A stretch of 64,000 bases of DNA, from assembly GCA_024346625.1 (NCBI GenBank), contig AP024665.1:2046001-2110000 (forward strand), read 5' to 3'. Under the pieces are notes generated by a model, which saw only the letters and a list, made by a program, of their open reading frames with translations, did no database searches and had not been told where the DNA came from. Position 1 is the stretch's first letter; each line of letters opens with the position of its first letter. This DNA comes from Williopsis jadinii. Lineage: Eukaryota. Positions 1-13,274 of the stretch are shown piece after piece. The position numbers and the translations under genes are program-made.

Positions 1-2140
1 TCCCCGTGAGGATATACGCCAAATAGGCAAAGGCCTTATAGGAATCATCTGTGCCGAGTTTCACCTCGTCAAGCAAATCCAAAAATGGTGTAACATAATC
101 GTGTAACAACACGTTCCATATGAACGTGTAGCTGTCCTTGAGATTGTTCTTCTTCAACAAGCTCAACGTGAAATCAATGTCAAGACTCTTGATATCCAGG
201 AGACAGATATTCTGTTCAAGGGTTTCCACTTTTCTCACCGAGACGTAATACTTAACCATATCTTTCAGGATAGTGGGTGTGAGCACCTTACACGAGCCAT
301 TGAGGATGAACGGTTCTAAAGCCTCGAAGAAGTAGTCAACATGATCACCACTGAAAACATCATAAAGCTCTTCAAACACCACAGACTCTGCCTTGATCGA
401 TATGAGTGCGTTGATGGCCACATGGAGAAACTCAGTCACAAGCTCTGAGTCGTGGATGTTCACCAGATCTGACTTCAAGACGTGTGTTGCAGAAGCCTTG
501 ACGAGGTCAATGAGGTACTTTAGAACTGCCTGTTGTCTCTCTTTAGCATCTTTTGGTAGCCCCAGAGTGACAAAGCTCTCGTCACCAATGTAGTACATCG
601 TGGCAACTTTGATAGCCTTGATGTACTTGCCCTCGTTCACAAGGTCCAGCAGGACATCGACCCACGAGGGAACAGAGCCTATGAGGATATCGTACTTTCC
701 AACAAAGAACAGCTTTCCCTTGTAAGCCTTGAAGCTTCCTCCAAATGTGTCGCATAGCTCAGCATGGGCAAAGCTGTGGGAGTACAGGTTTAAGCTGAAC
801 AGATGCTTTGGCAGCAGATCAACAGTGGCAGTCACCTGCATTGTAGCTTCAATCATGAGTGTGAGTCTCTGTGTATTGGAAACCATTGCGATGACGGACT
901 GATTCACCCATTGCACGCCAACGATCAGCTCATCAGAGACCCACCTCTTCTTGGAATCGAAGCTCAGGTGTTCGCCCACAGTGCAAACCTCCATGACGGT
1001 AAGCACGTTATTGAAGCAATATGCCAGCTTTGCCGGAAGCCTCGTGCCACCCTTGGTAACCACGGCAGGGTACCACGACAGGCATCCCGACTTGCCAAAG
1101 CCGTCATTGATCACCTTTGGTCGTCCTGTCTTGAACTGAGTCCTTATTGACCCTGTGGTGGAGACGATGAGCAGGGAATTGGTATTCATGATAGCCACCA
1201 AGCCCTGCTCATCCATCGGCTCCACAGAGCTCCCGAGAGGCAGAGACTTACAATCCAGTGCCGTTGTTGGCTTCATCAGCTCAACATCCTCATACCGGCC
1301 CAGTATTCTCCTGGTGGTCACTGCGAACCCCAGCACGCCTCTGTTGCGCTGGTGGTACATCACCATCCCGTAAATGTCGGTGGTTGTCAACACGCTATGT
1401 CTCTTCCCGACGAACGTGATGTTGTTGATTGGCGAGCCCTTGATGTGGCCATCAGTGATGGCACTGATGTCAGCGAGAGGCGCAATGTGGTACTTTGGTC
1501 TGGTGCTGTCCTTCAGGTCCCACACCAGCACATCGCCAGAGTCATAGCCGGCAGCGATGTGTGTCGAGTCCAGCGACAGCGACAGGCATGTGACCTTGCC
1601 CCACGTCGATGCACCGGTTCCTTCACCCAGTACCATCACAAGGATCTGGCGGTAGTCGAATATGAGCACGTAGCCCTTGGACATTCCCAGTGCAACGATA
1701 TCACCGGCAGCCAAACACGTCGGAGCACCATACACCTGCTGGGACTGTGACGTCCGTATCAGCGTGTTCAGCGTGTTCAGCTGGATCCACTTCAGGTCCT
1801 TGACCTGTGTATTCAGCAGCGTGGCGCCGCAGGCGTCCCACTTGCTGCTGCCCACACCCTCATCATCAACATCAACATCAACATCGGCATCGCCATACCG
1901 GTGGGCCTGTGCCAGCGCACTGAACCGGCTCTGGATCCGTTCGTCGAACCGGCGGGCTCTCGTGGTAGACGAGATCACAGACGACCTCGATGAGAACCGT
2001 GGGCTCGAGATCTGCTGTAGAAACCTCTGCTGAAGCGCCCTGCTCCTGGTGGGAGTGTTCGTGGGTGTTGATTGGAACGACGCTGTCTCGGACAGCTCTT
2101 TAACATCATCAATTGGCGGTGGAACTTCGAGCGCTGGCAT
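1..2140 (-). CDS. VPS8: CORVET subunit Vps8, 5' part; 3' end lies beyond the window's left edge
   Basis: Not in the ORF track because there is no stop in the window. Minus-strand segments I translated are all in one frame: ATG 2140 (MPALEVPPPIDDVKEL..), WD-like YGAPTCLAAGDIVALGMSKGYVLIFDYRQ, and ..YKAFAYLAYILTG at the edge, typical of Vps8. Confidence 0.85.
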   Translation of the reverse strand, partial: MPALEVPPPIDDVKELSETASFQSTPTNTPTRSRALQQRFLQQISSPRFSSRSSVISSTTRARRFDERIQSRFSALAQAHRYGDADVDVDVDDEGVGSSKWDACGATLLNTQVKDLKWIQLNTLNTLIRTSQSQQVYGAPTCLAAGDIVALGMSKGYVLIFDYRQILVMVLGEGTGASTWGKVTCLSLSLDSTHIAAGYDSGDVLVWDLKDSTRPKYHIAPLADISAITDGHIKGSPINNITFVGKRHSVLTTTDIYGMVMYHQRNRGVLGFAVTTRRILGRYEDVELMKPTTALDCKSLPLGSSVEPMDEQGLVAIMNTNSLLIVSTTGSIRTQFKTGRPKVINDGFGKSGCLSWYPAVVTKGGTRLPAKLAYCFNNVLTVMEVCTVGEHLSFDSKKRWVSDELIVGVQWVNQSVIAMVSNTQRLTLMIEATMQVTATVDLLPKHLFSLNLYSHSFAHAELCDTFGGSFKAYKGKLFFVGKYDILIGSVPSWVDVLLDLVNEGKYIKAIKVATMYYIGDESFVTLGLPKDAKERQQAVLKYLIDLVKASATHVLKSDLVNIHDSELVTEFLHVAINALISIKAESVVFEELYDVFSGDHVDYFFEALEPFILNGSCKVLTPTILKDMVKYYVSVRKVETLEQNICLLDIKSLDIDFTLSLLKKNNLKDSYTFIWNVLLHDYVTPFLDLLDEVKLGTDDSYKAFAYLAYILTG

Positions 2141-2351
2141 CACAGGGGAGGTCTCGTAGTACTCAGCGTGGCACTCAAGCGTCGACTCGGTCCTGATGTG
2201 CTTTTCTGACGGTGGTGTCCTTCCAGAGCTCTGAGGTGTGCGTGGTGGGGGTGGGAAGCCTACAAAAGTGCGAATTTTCCCCTTCCTCCACCATCAACAT
2301 CAACATCAACATCAACATCGCCACCGTCACAGTGAAGCAAACAGAGCACCG

Positions 2352-2824
2352 ATGCGGACGATGAGACAGCTGCTGGCGACGGCCAGAGACAGCGCCAGAG
2401 CACTGTCCACGGGCAGTGCTCTGTGGAACAAGAACGCCCAGGACATCGACAGGCTGAACAGCATGATTAGGCAGAAGCTGCTGGAGATGGAAGAGCTCGA
2501 GAAGAAGCGGATAGAGGACGCGAAGAAGCTGAAGCTCGCGGACTTCACGAGGCCGATACTGCTGACGTTGGGCATCAGCTCGATTGTGTACTTCTCGTAC
2601 CACCTGCTGTGGTGGAACCTGGAGTACGATGAACGAGAAGCTGCGCTGAAAGGTAAGCACTTGGATCGAATGATGGCCCAGAGCCAGGGGAAGATGGTAC
2701 TAACACCAGCGCAGAACTCGTCAGGGAGAAGGAACTGGAGCTCCAGGGTGCCATTGAGGAGCAGCAGGCGTCGGCTCCAGCCTCCAAGCCGTGGTATAGA
2801 CGGCTCAGGTTCAGGCTCTGGTGA
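2352..2824 (+). CDS. INA17: Mitochondrial inner-membrane assembly complex subunit Ina17-like; spliced join(2352..2652,2715..2824)
   Basis: Arg-rich presequence-like N-terminus, TM segment then WWNLEY motif. Intron: GTAAGC 2653, TACTAAC 2698-2704, CAG 2712-2714. Splicing gives a coiled-coil C-terminus ELVREKELELQGAIEEQQ..KPWYRRLRFRLW*. Confidence 0.7.
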
Positions 2825-2940
2825 GCGGCCCTGCCTGTACATAGTAACACAATATATGAGTATCGTCATCATTTTGCTATCATAGTGCTGTAGAAGGAGC
2901 ACTGTGGTGGGTGGCAAGAGCCTCTATTTACATACACACG

Positions 2941-4824
2941 CTAGCCCTGTTGGCCCCTCTGCTTCTGAGCCACACGTTTGAACACCTCAATCGATGCTGC
3001 TTGTAGTTCTTGTGATAGCCTCTTCAGGTCAGCAACGGTGACCTCGCCTCCTTCCCGTGCGAGCTGGACCTGCGACTTCACCTCCTGGATCTTGCTCATC
3101 ATCTCGTCGTAGCCTTCATCCTCCTTGATGTACTCTGGGAATGAGTCGATGGCAGCCTCTGTATCTCTGACAACGAGCCCAACGTCTGTTGCTGCGCCGA
3201 CACGGCGCTTCTTGACCTGGTCCTCCTCCTTGTACCTCTCTCCTTCTTCAACCATGCGTTGGATCTCAGCTTCTGTTAGCCCTGAGTTGCCAACAACGGT
3301 TATCGACGTCTCCTTGCCCGACACCTTCTCCCGGGCGCTGACGTTGATGATGCCATCGGCATCAATGTCGAACGACACTTCCACCTGCGGCACTCCCTTT
3401 GGCATTGGAGGGATGCCGCTCAGCTTGAAGTGACCAATGAGCTTGTTATCCTGGACGAGCCCTCTCTCACCTTGGAATACTCGGATCTCAACGCCAGTTT
3501 GGTTGTCAACACCGGTGGAGTAGATGTCGGTCTTCTTCACAGGAACAACCGTGTTACGTGGAATCAGCGGCGAGAAGACACCGCCATAGGTTTCAATACC
3601 CAAGGTCAAGGGCGTGACGTCCAGCAGTAGCACGTCCTTGATGGCTCCAGAGAGCACGCCGCCCTGGATGGCGGCACCAAGCGCCACGGCCTCATCGGGG
3701 TTCACGCTCGTGGACGGTGGCTTGCCAAAGATCCTGTGCACGGTGCTTCTGATCTTGGGCATTCTCGTCATGCCTCCAACGAGGATGACTTCATCGATGT
3801 CGTCTTTGGTCAGGTCAGCGTCCCTCAACGCACGCTTAACAGGCTCGATGGTACGGTTGATGAGATGCAACGTCATCTCGTCCAGCTGCTGCTCAGTCAG
3901 TTTGAAAGATATATGGTGATTCTCATGGATAAAGGGTATATCCACGGTGGTTTCCTTTACGTGTGATAGCTCGATTTTGGCCTTCTCTGCTGCCTCTCTG
4001 ACTCTTTGAACCTTTTCACGGTCGGACGAGATGTCGACGCCACTATTCTCCTTGAAGTACGCCAGAATGTACTGCACCAGCAAGATGTCAAAGTCCTCGC
4101 CTCCCAAATGGGTATCACCGTTCGTCGAACGGACTTCAAAGACTCCGTCTTCGATGTCCAGGATGGAAATGTCAAAAGTACCGCCACCAAGGTCGAAAAC
4201 AGCAACGATACCGTCGTTGGACTTGTCCAGCCCATACGCCAGCGCAGCAGCAGTAGGCTCGTTCACCACTCGCAGCACGTTCAGGCCGGCAATCTGTCCA
4301 GCGTCCTTGGTGGCCTGTCTCTGAGAGTCGTTGAAGTAGGCAGGCACCGTGACAACAGCGTTCTTGATCTTCTCTCCCAGGCCCACCTCCGCGACCTCCT
4401 TCATCTTATTCAACACATACCCACCTATCTGTGACGGACTATAACGCTGGCCAAACGCTTCTACCCACGCATCCCCGTTGTCGTTCTCAACAATCTTGTA
4501 CGGAACATGCGCCATGTCAAACTTGATCTCACTGTCCGTGAACTTCCGGCCAATGAGCCTCTTTGTAGCGTAGAACGTGTTCTCCGTGTTCAGCACCAGC
4601 TGTCTCTTCGCAGCACCGCCAACTATCACCTCACCAGACTTGTCTATCGCAACTATCGACGGTGTTGTACGAGCACCGTCCTCGTTCTCGATGATTGTGG
4701 GCTCGGAGCCTCTCATCACGGCAACGGCAGAGTTCGTCGTGCCGAGGTCGATCCCAATCACAGTGGACGAGTGCTGTGCACTCGTCGCCAGAGTACGCAA
4801 TGGACTTCTGAACCGTGATAACAT
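2941..4824 (-). CDS. SSQ1: Mitochondrial Hsp70 specialised for Fe-S cluster biogenesis
   Basis: IGIDLGTTNS, DLGGGTFD and VILVGGMTRMP motifs. Presequence MLSRFRSPLRTLA from ATG 4824. Ssq1-like MTLHLINRTI and GERGLV segments and a short C-terminal lid. Confidence 0.88.
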   Translation of the reverse strand: MLSRFRSPLRTLATSAQHSSTVIGIDLGTTNSAVAVMRGSEPTIIENEDGARTTPSIVAIDKSGEVIVGGAAKRQLVLNTENTFYATKRLIGRKFTDSEIKFDMAHVPYKIVENDNGDAWVEAFGQRYSPSQIGGYVLNKMKEVAEVGLGEKIKNAVVTVPAYFNDSQRQATKDAGQIAGLNVLRVVNEPTAAALAYGLDKSNDGIVAVFDLGGGTFDISILDIEDGVFEVRSTNGDTHLGGEDFDILLVQYILAYFKENSGVDISSDREKVQRVREAAEKAKIELSHVKETTVDIPFIHENHHISFKLTEQQLDEMTLHLINRTIEPVKRALRDADLTKDDIDEVILVGGMTRMPKIRSTVHRIFGKPPSTSVNPDEAVALGAAIQGGVLSGAIKDVLLLDVTPLTLGIETYGGVFSPLIPRNTVVPVKKTDIYSTGVDNQTGVEIRVFQGERGLVQDNKLIGHFKLSGIPPMPKGVPQVEVSFDIDADGIINVSAREKVSGKETSITVVGNSGLTEAEIQRMVEEGERYKEEDQVKKRRVGAATDVGLVVRDTEAAIDSFPEYIKEDEGYDEMMSKIQEVKSQVQLAREGGEVTVADLKRLSQELQAASIEVFKRVAQKQRGQQG

Positions 4825-5104
4825 TGCTTGGATAACGCTCGTTCTTCCCTCAAGCTCGGGCCTCAATCCTCGTTGTTTGCTGTTGATGTGGAAACTTCGT
4901 AGCGGCCTCACCCGGGCACCCGGCCGTAAAACTCCAGGCGCGGGTGTGTTGGCCCGGGGCAGCTCATCGCGCGTGCTTAGTCAGCAAGCGATGTGGTGGT
5001 ATACGCTGGTGTACGCTAGGAAATACGCTGGCACACGGTGTTCTACGTCCAATTGGTCGTTAAAGGGTCGTTCTATGCGGTGTGGGTGTTGTGTACACTG
5101 ACTG

Positions 5105-6097
5105 TCACATCTTCTTCCAGTTTCTGGGCAGGAAGTGTGTTCCAATTAGAGGCTCCAGGGCCTTTGGAAGCCACTCGGCAGCATCGCCTTTGAAGCCCCA
5201 TCCCCCGTGCTTCCTGACGTCCTCCTCGTCGATCTCGGTGTTGAACACTGCGATCTTGCCACCTTGCTGCTGTACTCTCTCCACGTACCCCATTGCTGGC
5301 CAAACTGTGCCCGAGGTTCCAATCACGAGCACCAAATCGACGTGGTTTGAAGTCAAGAACTCATCGGCCTTGTCTATCACCTTCAGAGGCAGAGATTCGC
5401 CAAACCACACTACGCCAGGTCTCAGCAGGCTGTTGCACTTGGGACAATGTGGCAATTCGTCGTCAGTGATCGTGGAGATGGGCTTGAGGTCCGGGGATGA
5501 CGTTACAGATGAGCTCTTTGATTCTGCCTGTATAGTTTCTGTAGCTCTACGCTTCTTAGCACAAGAGTCGCCGCTGTCTTCCAACTGCCTCTTCTTCTGT
5601 CTCACAAACTCATCCTCGTTGCCACCGAGAGCAGGAGTAAGTGGATGCTCTCTGTTGTTCTCCTCGACGTAATTACAGAAGAACCCGGTGCATCTCAGCG
5701 TGAACAAGGACCCATGCAGTTCCAGCAGCGTGTCCTTCTGCTGCCTGGCCCTCGTACTGAGCCCATCGACGTTCTGCGTCAGGGTGAGGAAGTTAACATC
5801 GTGTCTTCGGCTCAACTCTGCCAAAGCAAAATGGCCCTTGTTGGGACGCGCTTTCAGGGCAAGAAACCTCCTTGAGCTGTAGAACTGCCACACCAGGCCT
5901 GGATCCACGTGAAAGGCATCGGGTGTGGCCAGATCTATCGGTGAGTAGTTACGCCAGAGGCCTCCGCTCCCTCGAAACGTCTGTAGTCCAGAAGAGGCAC
6001 TCAACCCGGCACCAACAACAGCAAGTATCGTCTTACAGCTCAGCAGGTAGTCGTGGAACGCGTTCAGATCAGCGATGTCCCTGACGGATCGTGACAT
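5105..6097 (-). CDS. NAD-dependent protein deacylase, class III sirtuin (SIRT5/CobB-like)
   Basis: GAGLSASSGLQTFRG, TQNVDGL, ELHGSL, LRPGVVWFGE and VIGTSG motifs, plus WQFYSSRR (Y-x-x-R acyl pocket). Likely start MSRSVRD at 6097. Confidence 0.9.
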   Translation of the reverse strand: MSRSVRDIADLNAFHDYLLSCKTILAVVGAGLSASSGLQTFRGSGGLWRNYSPIDLATPDAFHVDPGLVWQFYSSRRFLALKARPNKGHFALAELSRRHDVNFLTLTQNVDGLSTRARQQKDTLLELHGSLFTLRCTGFFCNYVEENNREHPLTPALGGNEDEFVRQKKRQLEDSGDSCAKKRRATETIQAESKSSSVTSSPDLKPISTITDDELPHCPKCNSLLRPGVVWFGESLPLKVIDKADEFLTSNHVDLVLVIGTSGTVWPAMGYVERVQQQGGKIAVFNTEIDEEDVRKHGGWGFKGDAAEWLPKALEPLIGTHFLPRNWKKM

Positions 6098-7424
6098 CGA
6101 GCAATACAAGAGGAGATACACACCGGCTTTCTCCGTGCTCCCCGGTGTTTGATGAGGGAAACAGCAGTGGTTTGTCCAGAGCCAAAGCTCTACGCCTAAG
6201 TAAAAAAGATGGTGGTGATAATGCGCGCGCTGCATAACCTTTCCGCATTGGGAAATGTAAACATGTCAAAAAGTACATCACATCGCATAGTGAGATGGCT
6301 ATTATACGGCCATTGTGCCGGGCTGGCGCTGGTAATTGGTGCCTGTCGCTATGGTATTTGCTTCTCAGTGTGGTGTGTGATGGTTTGGATGGGCTGCTGG
6401 GCCAGCTGGGCGAGCTGGACCGGGAAAGGCGACCCAATTGTGCCTCTTTGGCGTAGGAGATATTGGCTTGAGAGGCATGAGCAGTGTCTCAGCAGTAAAG
6501 CATTGAATAGTTTTTAAGCGTTGATGGATGGGAGACGAGGTCTGACTGGCATATTCAATTGGCTCACAGCTGGCTGTAGGTGTCAGTTTTGGCTTGAGCT
6601 TTGCAGAGGCGGTGTACATAACGAAGAGCCTGGTCTCAGTGTCATTGTTAACGTGGAGTCAAACGCTGCTGGTACGCAATCACCAGGTGTTGTGGGCAGA
6701 AGGACGACCAGGGGGAGCATAGTGGGCCATAAGATGTGAGAGGACACTCAGTTGGTGTATAGAGCTATATGTCGATGTGTCGGCCGTGAAGAGTGCACAT
6801 GAAGAGGTCACAGCAGTGACCGAGATACGCCCCATGTTGTGTCTCTCGTTGCGCAAAACGCTCATTTAAAGCATCTTATTGCCAAATGGCATATGTACTG
6901 TTACCATGGTTAACACTGTGAGGCTCTCTACCATTGATGGACTCTACTGGTTGCGACAGCTACCAAAAGTGTTGATGAAGGAAGCCCTGAATCCACACCC
7001 TATAGCTGGCCTCTCGTATGCAGCTCGCATCAGTGAGAACAACCACTGAATAAGCGTAGCATTACGAGCCTGAGCTTGCGATGATCGTGCATCATTGCCA
7101 TTGCAAGTGATGTACTCCACTCCTTTACACTGGCTCTCGGTGTTCAGAGGCTATCATCCACCGTTGCACATAGCTATACGCTGCCAGCTGAGCTGTGTCA
7201 CAGCCCTCCAGAAGGACCCCCAATCCCCAATTGAAGCGTATACTCCATCTCACACCATTCACCATATCTTCGACAGCTCACAGCTTCCTGTTTATCACAT
7301 TAAAACCCCAGGTTTTGTGTCCAATGTTGAACCATCCCGCTAAGCAATTAAGCTGAATGTTTGATACACAAAACTTCTCCTGTTCACTATCACCACAACA
7401 CAGCTCTCAACTCGGTGTGGAAGC

Positions 7425-9254
7425 ATGTTGTTTGAGCATATGAGCACGCTTGTCACGGCTACAGTGGCCTCTCACCATGTGTTGGAGACGACTTTCCTGC
7501 TGAAGAGCGTGGTGGCCTCACCACTGACCGTCGTTCCTCTGGCGACCACTGAGAGCCCGGTGTGGTTAACGAACCATGAGATTGGCCTGGCATACGCCAA
7601 TGTGACCTCTTCTGACGAGACAACACCTCTGGAGCCCTCAGCTGCTGCCACAGAGTTTGGGCCTGTGGAGGTTTATGGCAACAAGTTCTTCAATTCTAAG
7701 ACTGGTGACCAGTTCTTCCTCATGGGCATTGCTTATCAGCCCAGCAGAGCAGCCAACGATGTCGTTGCTGCGCTGTACGATGGACTGACCATCATTGATC
7801 CCATGGCTGATCCACGCCTCTGTCTAAGAGATTTGCCCTACCTCTCTGCCTTGGGCGTCAATACCATCCGTGTGTACTCCATTGATACAGAGAAGGATCA
7901 TGATGTTTGTTTCAAGGCATATCAAGACGCCGGTATCTATGTCATTGCAGACTTGAGTGAGCCTGGTAGAAGCATCAACAGAGAGAGTCCAAGCTGGGAT
8001 CTCACGCTCTTTGCCCGCTACAGAGACGTGGTTGATTCCTTGCAAAAGTACGATAACATCTTGGGCTTCATCGCTGGTAATGAAGTCACCAACGACAAGA
8101 CCAACACTGGTGCTTCACCGTTTGTGAAGTCATCGATTAGAGATATCAAGGAGTATATCAGGACTCAGAACTACAGAGCCATCCCTGTTGGATACTCAAC
8201 AAACGACGACGCAGAGACGAGAGATGACATTGCAAGATACTTTGCCTGTGGTGATGATACTGTGGACTTTTACGGTATCAACATGTACGAATGGTGTGGA
8301 TTCTCCAGCTTCCATACCAGTGGATACAGAGAACGTACGGAGGAGTTCAAAGATTATCCAGTCCCTGTGTTCTTCTCAGAGTTTGGCTGTAATTTACAAA
8401 GACCACGTCCTTTCACAGAGGTTGAAGCGTTGTTTGGCAGCTTAATGACACAGGTGTGGTCTGGAGGATTGGCGTACATGTACTTTGAAGAGCCAAATGA
8501 GTTTGGTGTTGTTGAAGTTACAGCCAATGGTGGTATTAAACCGTTGCCTGATTTCTACAACTTACAAAAGGCCTTTAGTTCAGCAAACCCTCGTGGAGTC
8601 AACTTGAGTGACTACAAGGCGAGCTACAAGCTGGTGCCATATCCAAAGTGTCCAGGCAAGTCCAATGTTTGGAAGGCATCCAATGAGATCCCACAGTCTC
8701 CAAACAAGGTCAAATGTGACTGTATGGAGTCCACCTTGAAGTGCAGGCTTTCCAATATCAAGGAGACGAACTTGCCTAAAGTGTTTGACTTTGTCTGTGA
8801 TAATGTTGATTGTTCTGACATCCGTGCGGATGGTGTTGATGGGAAGTATGGTGTCTTCTCTGATTGTTCTTCAGTTCAGAAGGCTTCTTTTGTCTTGAAT
8901 GAATTGTTCAAGAAGCAAGGTGGTGGAACTTCAGACGACTGTGACTTCAACGGTGTGGCTCTGTTGGCCAGTAAGCTTGCAACGCTGGAAGTGTTGGAGA
9001 CGAACGTGCAAAGCAATGGTGAAACATGTGCTGCTGTGTTGGGGAGAGATGTTCTCTCACAGTTGATGTCATACCCTGAGATTAAAAGAACCACTGTCAG
9101 CTCGAAACATATCAATCTACACGCACCAAACTATACATCAACATTAAAGGTTGAAAGCAAGGCATCTACACAGAGAAGATTCTACTCCAGGATTGTTGTT
9201 GACTTGAGTTTGGCGTTTGTCTTTGTCTTGGTCTTAACAGTGTTTGTGCCTTGA
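7425..9254 (+). CDS. GAS2: GH72 beta-1,3-glucanosyltransferase with Cys-rich X8 domain and GPI signal, Gas2-like
   Basis: GIAYQ, AGNEV and FFSEFGCN catalytic motifs; Gas2-type segments (SINRESPSWD, VGYSTNDDA, SGYRERT); hydrophobic C-terminus; MSE-core CACAAAA at 7367-7373. Confidence 0.85.
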   Translation: MLFEHMSTLVTATVASHHVLETTFLLKSVVASPLTVVPLATTESPVWLTNHEIGLAYANVTSSDETTPLEPSAAATEFGPVEVYGNKFFNSKTGDQFFLMGIAYQPSRAANDVVAALYDGLTIIDPMADPRLCLRDLPYLSALGVNTIRVYSIDTEKDHDVCFKAYQDAGIYVIADLSEPGRSINRESPSWDLTLFARYRDVVDSLQKYDNILGFIAGNEVTNDKTNTGASPFVKSSIRDIKEYIRTQNYRAIPVGYSTNDDAETRDDIARYFACGDDTVDFYGINMYEWCGFSSFHTSGYRERTEEFKDYPVPVFFSEFGCNLQRPRPFTEVEALFGSLMTQVWSGGLAYMYFEEPNEFGVVEVTANGGIKPLPDFYNLQKAFSSANPRGVNLSDYKASYKLVPYPKCPGKSNVWKASNEIPQSPNKVKCDCMESTLKCRLSNIKETNLPKVFDFVCDNVDCSDIRADGVDGKYGVFSDCSSVQKASFVLNELFKKQGGGTSDDCDFNGVALLASKLATLEVLETNVQSNGETCAAVLGRDVLSQLMSYPEIKRTTVSSKHINLHAPNYTSTLKVESKASTQRRFYSRIVVDLSLAFVFVLVLTVFVP

Positions 9255-9358
9255 GTGTGATGGAAGACACACAACATTATATACATGCTAGGAATATTGA
9301 AATGCGATTATAAGTGCCATAGGTATCGTCATTATAAATTAAGGATATGTCTGTTCCT

Positions 9359-10039
9359 CTATTCAGTCTTAGGGCCCCATCTTACACCTAAGAACCCAGC
9401 ATTGGGGTCTCTCGATCCAAGCAATTTTGGCTGCGGTGGTGCGATGATGTAGTGTCTCTTCTCACCAGGAACGTCCAGGTAAATGTACGAGTACTCTGGG
9501 TGTAAGACATCGTCGTGAATGGATTCTAGCTGAACGCTTCCGTGTCTTTGTTTGCTTTCAACGTGGAATCTCATGAACAGGTGCTCTTTGCCGGACTTGT
9601 CCATACGACGTGTACTCGAGATAGGTCTGTTTCTCGTCCATTTATTGTCTGTGGTTTCACCATAGGCCTTCAGTCTCTTTCCAGGCTCAAGCAGTAACAA
9701 CTCCTGTGCCTTTGGATCGGTCTCCACCATGCTCACAGCTTTGTTGAACACCTGCGTATCACCAGAAGGAAGAACAATCTCTGCAACAACAAGATAAATG
9801 ACAAGACCAGCAAGACCAGCAGCGCCCACAACTACTGTCGAGGCAAATGCAAATGTGGAAGCAGTCTTAATACGAGCCCATAGCGGGATCTTATCCGATT
9901 TTGAGTCTTTTGACTCGGACGTCTTCGTCGTCTGCTGAAGTAAACCTCTTTGAACCGTTGAAAAGGCTCGTGGGTAATTACAAAGACCAATTGAACGAAC
10001 TGGGGCGTGCACAATCGATAACGAACTTCTTAAAAGCAT
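9359..10039 (-). CDS. TIM21: Mitochondrial TIM23 translocase subunit Tim21
   Basis: Presequence from MLLRSS (10039), one TM segment, LKAYGE..KWTRNRPI..GKEHLFMRFHVES and YLDVPGEKRHY motifs. Confidence 0.9.
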   Translation of the reverse strand: MLLRSSLSIVHAPVRSIGLCNYPRAFSTVQRGLLQQTTKTSESKDSKSDKIPLWARIKTASTFAFASTVVVGAAGLAGLVIYLVVAEIVLPSGDTQVFNKAVSMVETDPKAQELLLLEPGKRLKAYGETTDNKWTRNRPISSTRRMDKSGKEHLFMRFHVESKQRHGSVQLESIHDDVLHPEYSYIYLDVPGEKRHYIIAPPQPKLLGSRDPNAGFLGVRWGPKTE

Positions 10040-10251
10040 CTTTCTCCACCTTTCCGTATCTCTTTGTTTCACCAAAAGTATCTCTGATGATGACTTGTGG
10101 GCCCAATGATGGAAGAACATCGAAGAGGTTTTTCTCCCGGTTTTAGTCGTCCGCCACGGAAACATCCGGACATTTCACACCAACAGTGAGAATGCGCTAG
10201 ATTCATTGTGAGTATTCGTATTAGCGTGGTATTGTCGGTCTATTATACATC

Positions 10252-13071
<2,820 letters not shown>

Positions 13072-13122
13072 TCACACGATGAGTTCACACGCTGAAGTTT
13101 GAACGAAAAGAGAAACAAAAGT

Positions 13123-13274
13123 ACGCGTGAAACTTTGCGCGTGTGGGTTTTTTTCTCGTCCCTTGAACGTTTTCTTTTTGTGGCTCAAACGCGTTCAATT
13201 TATTCCCAAAGAGGAAATCGTGAGCAACCCGACGAAAAGGGCATGAAAAAACTTCGCGTTCCCAAAGGAGGAAA
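13123..13274. promoter_or_regulatory. MCM6 promoter: two MCB boxes and two Mcm1/ECB-like sites
   Basis: ACGCGT at 13123-13128 and 13189-13194; TTCC-CAAAGA-GGAAA at 13203-13217; CC-AAAGGA-GGAAA at 13262-13274. Confidence 0.7.

Noticed and set aside
393..2033. Plus-strand ORFs at the left end
   Set aside because: Antisense to the VPS8 frame that the track missed.
3125..5101. Several plus-strand ORFs over SSQ1
   Set aside because: Antisense shadows in GC-rich Hsp70 coding DNA.
6209..7343. Short ORFs between the sirtuin and GAS2
   Set aside because: No motifs, no consistent codon bias and no splice signals that join them.
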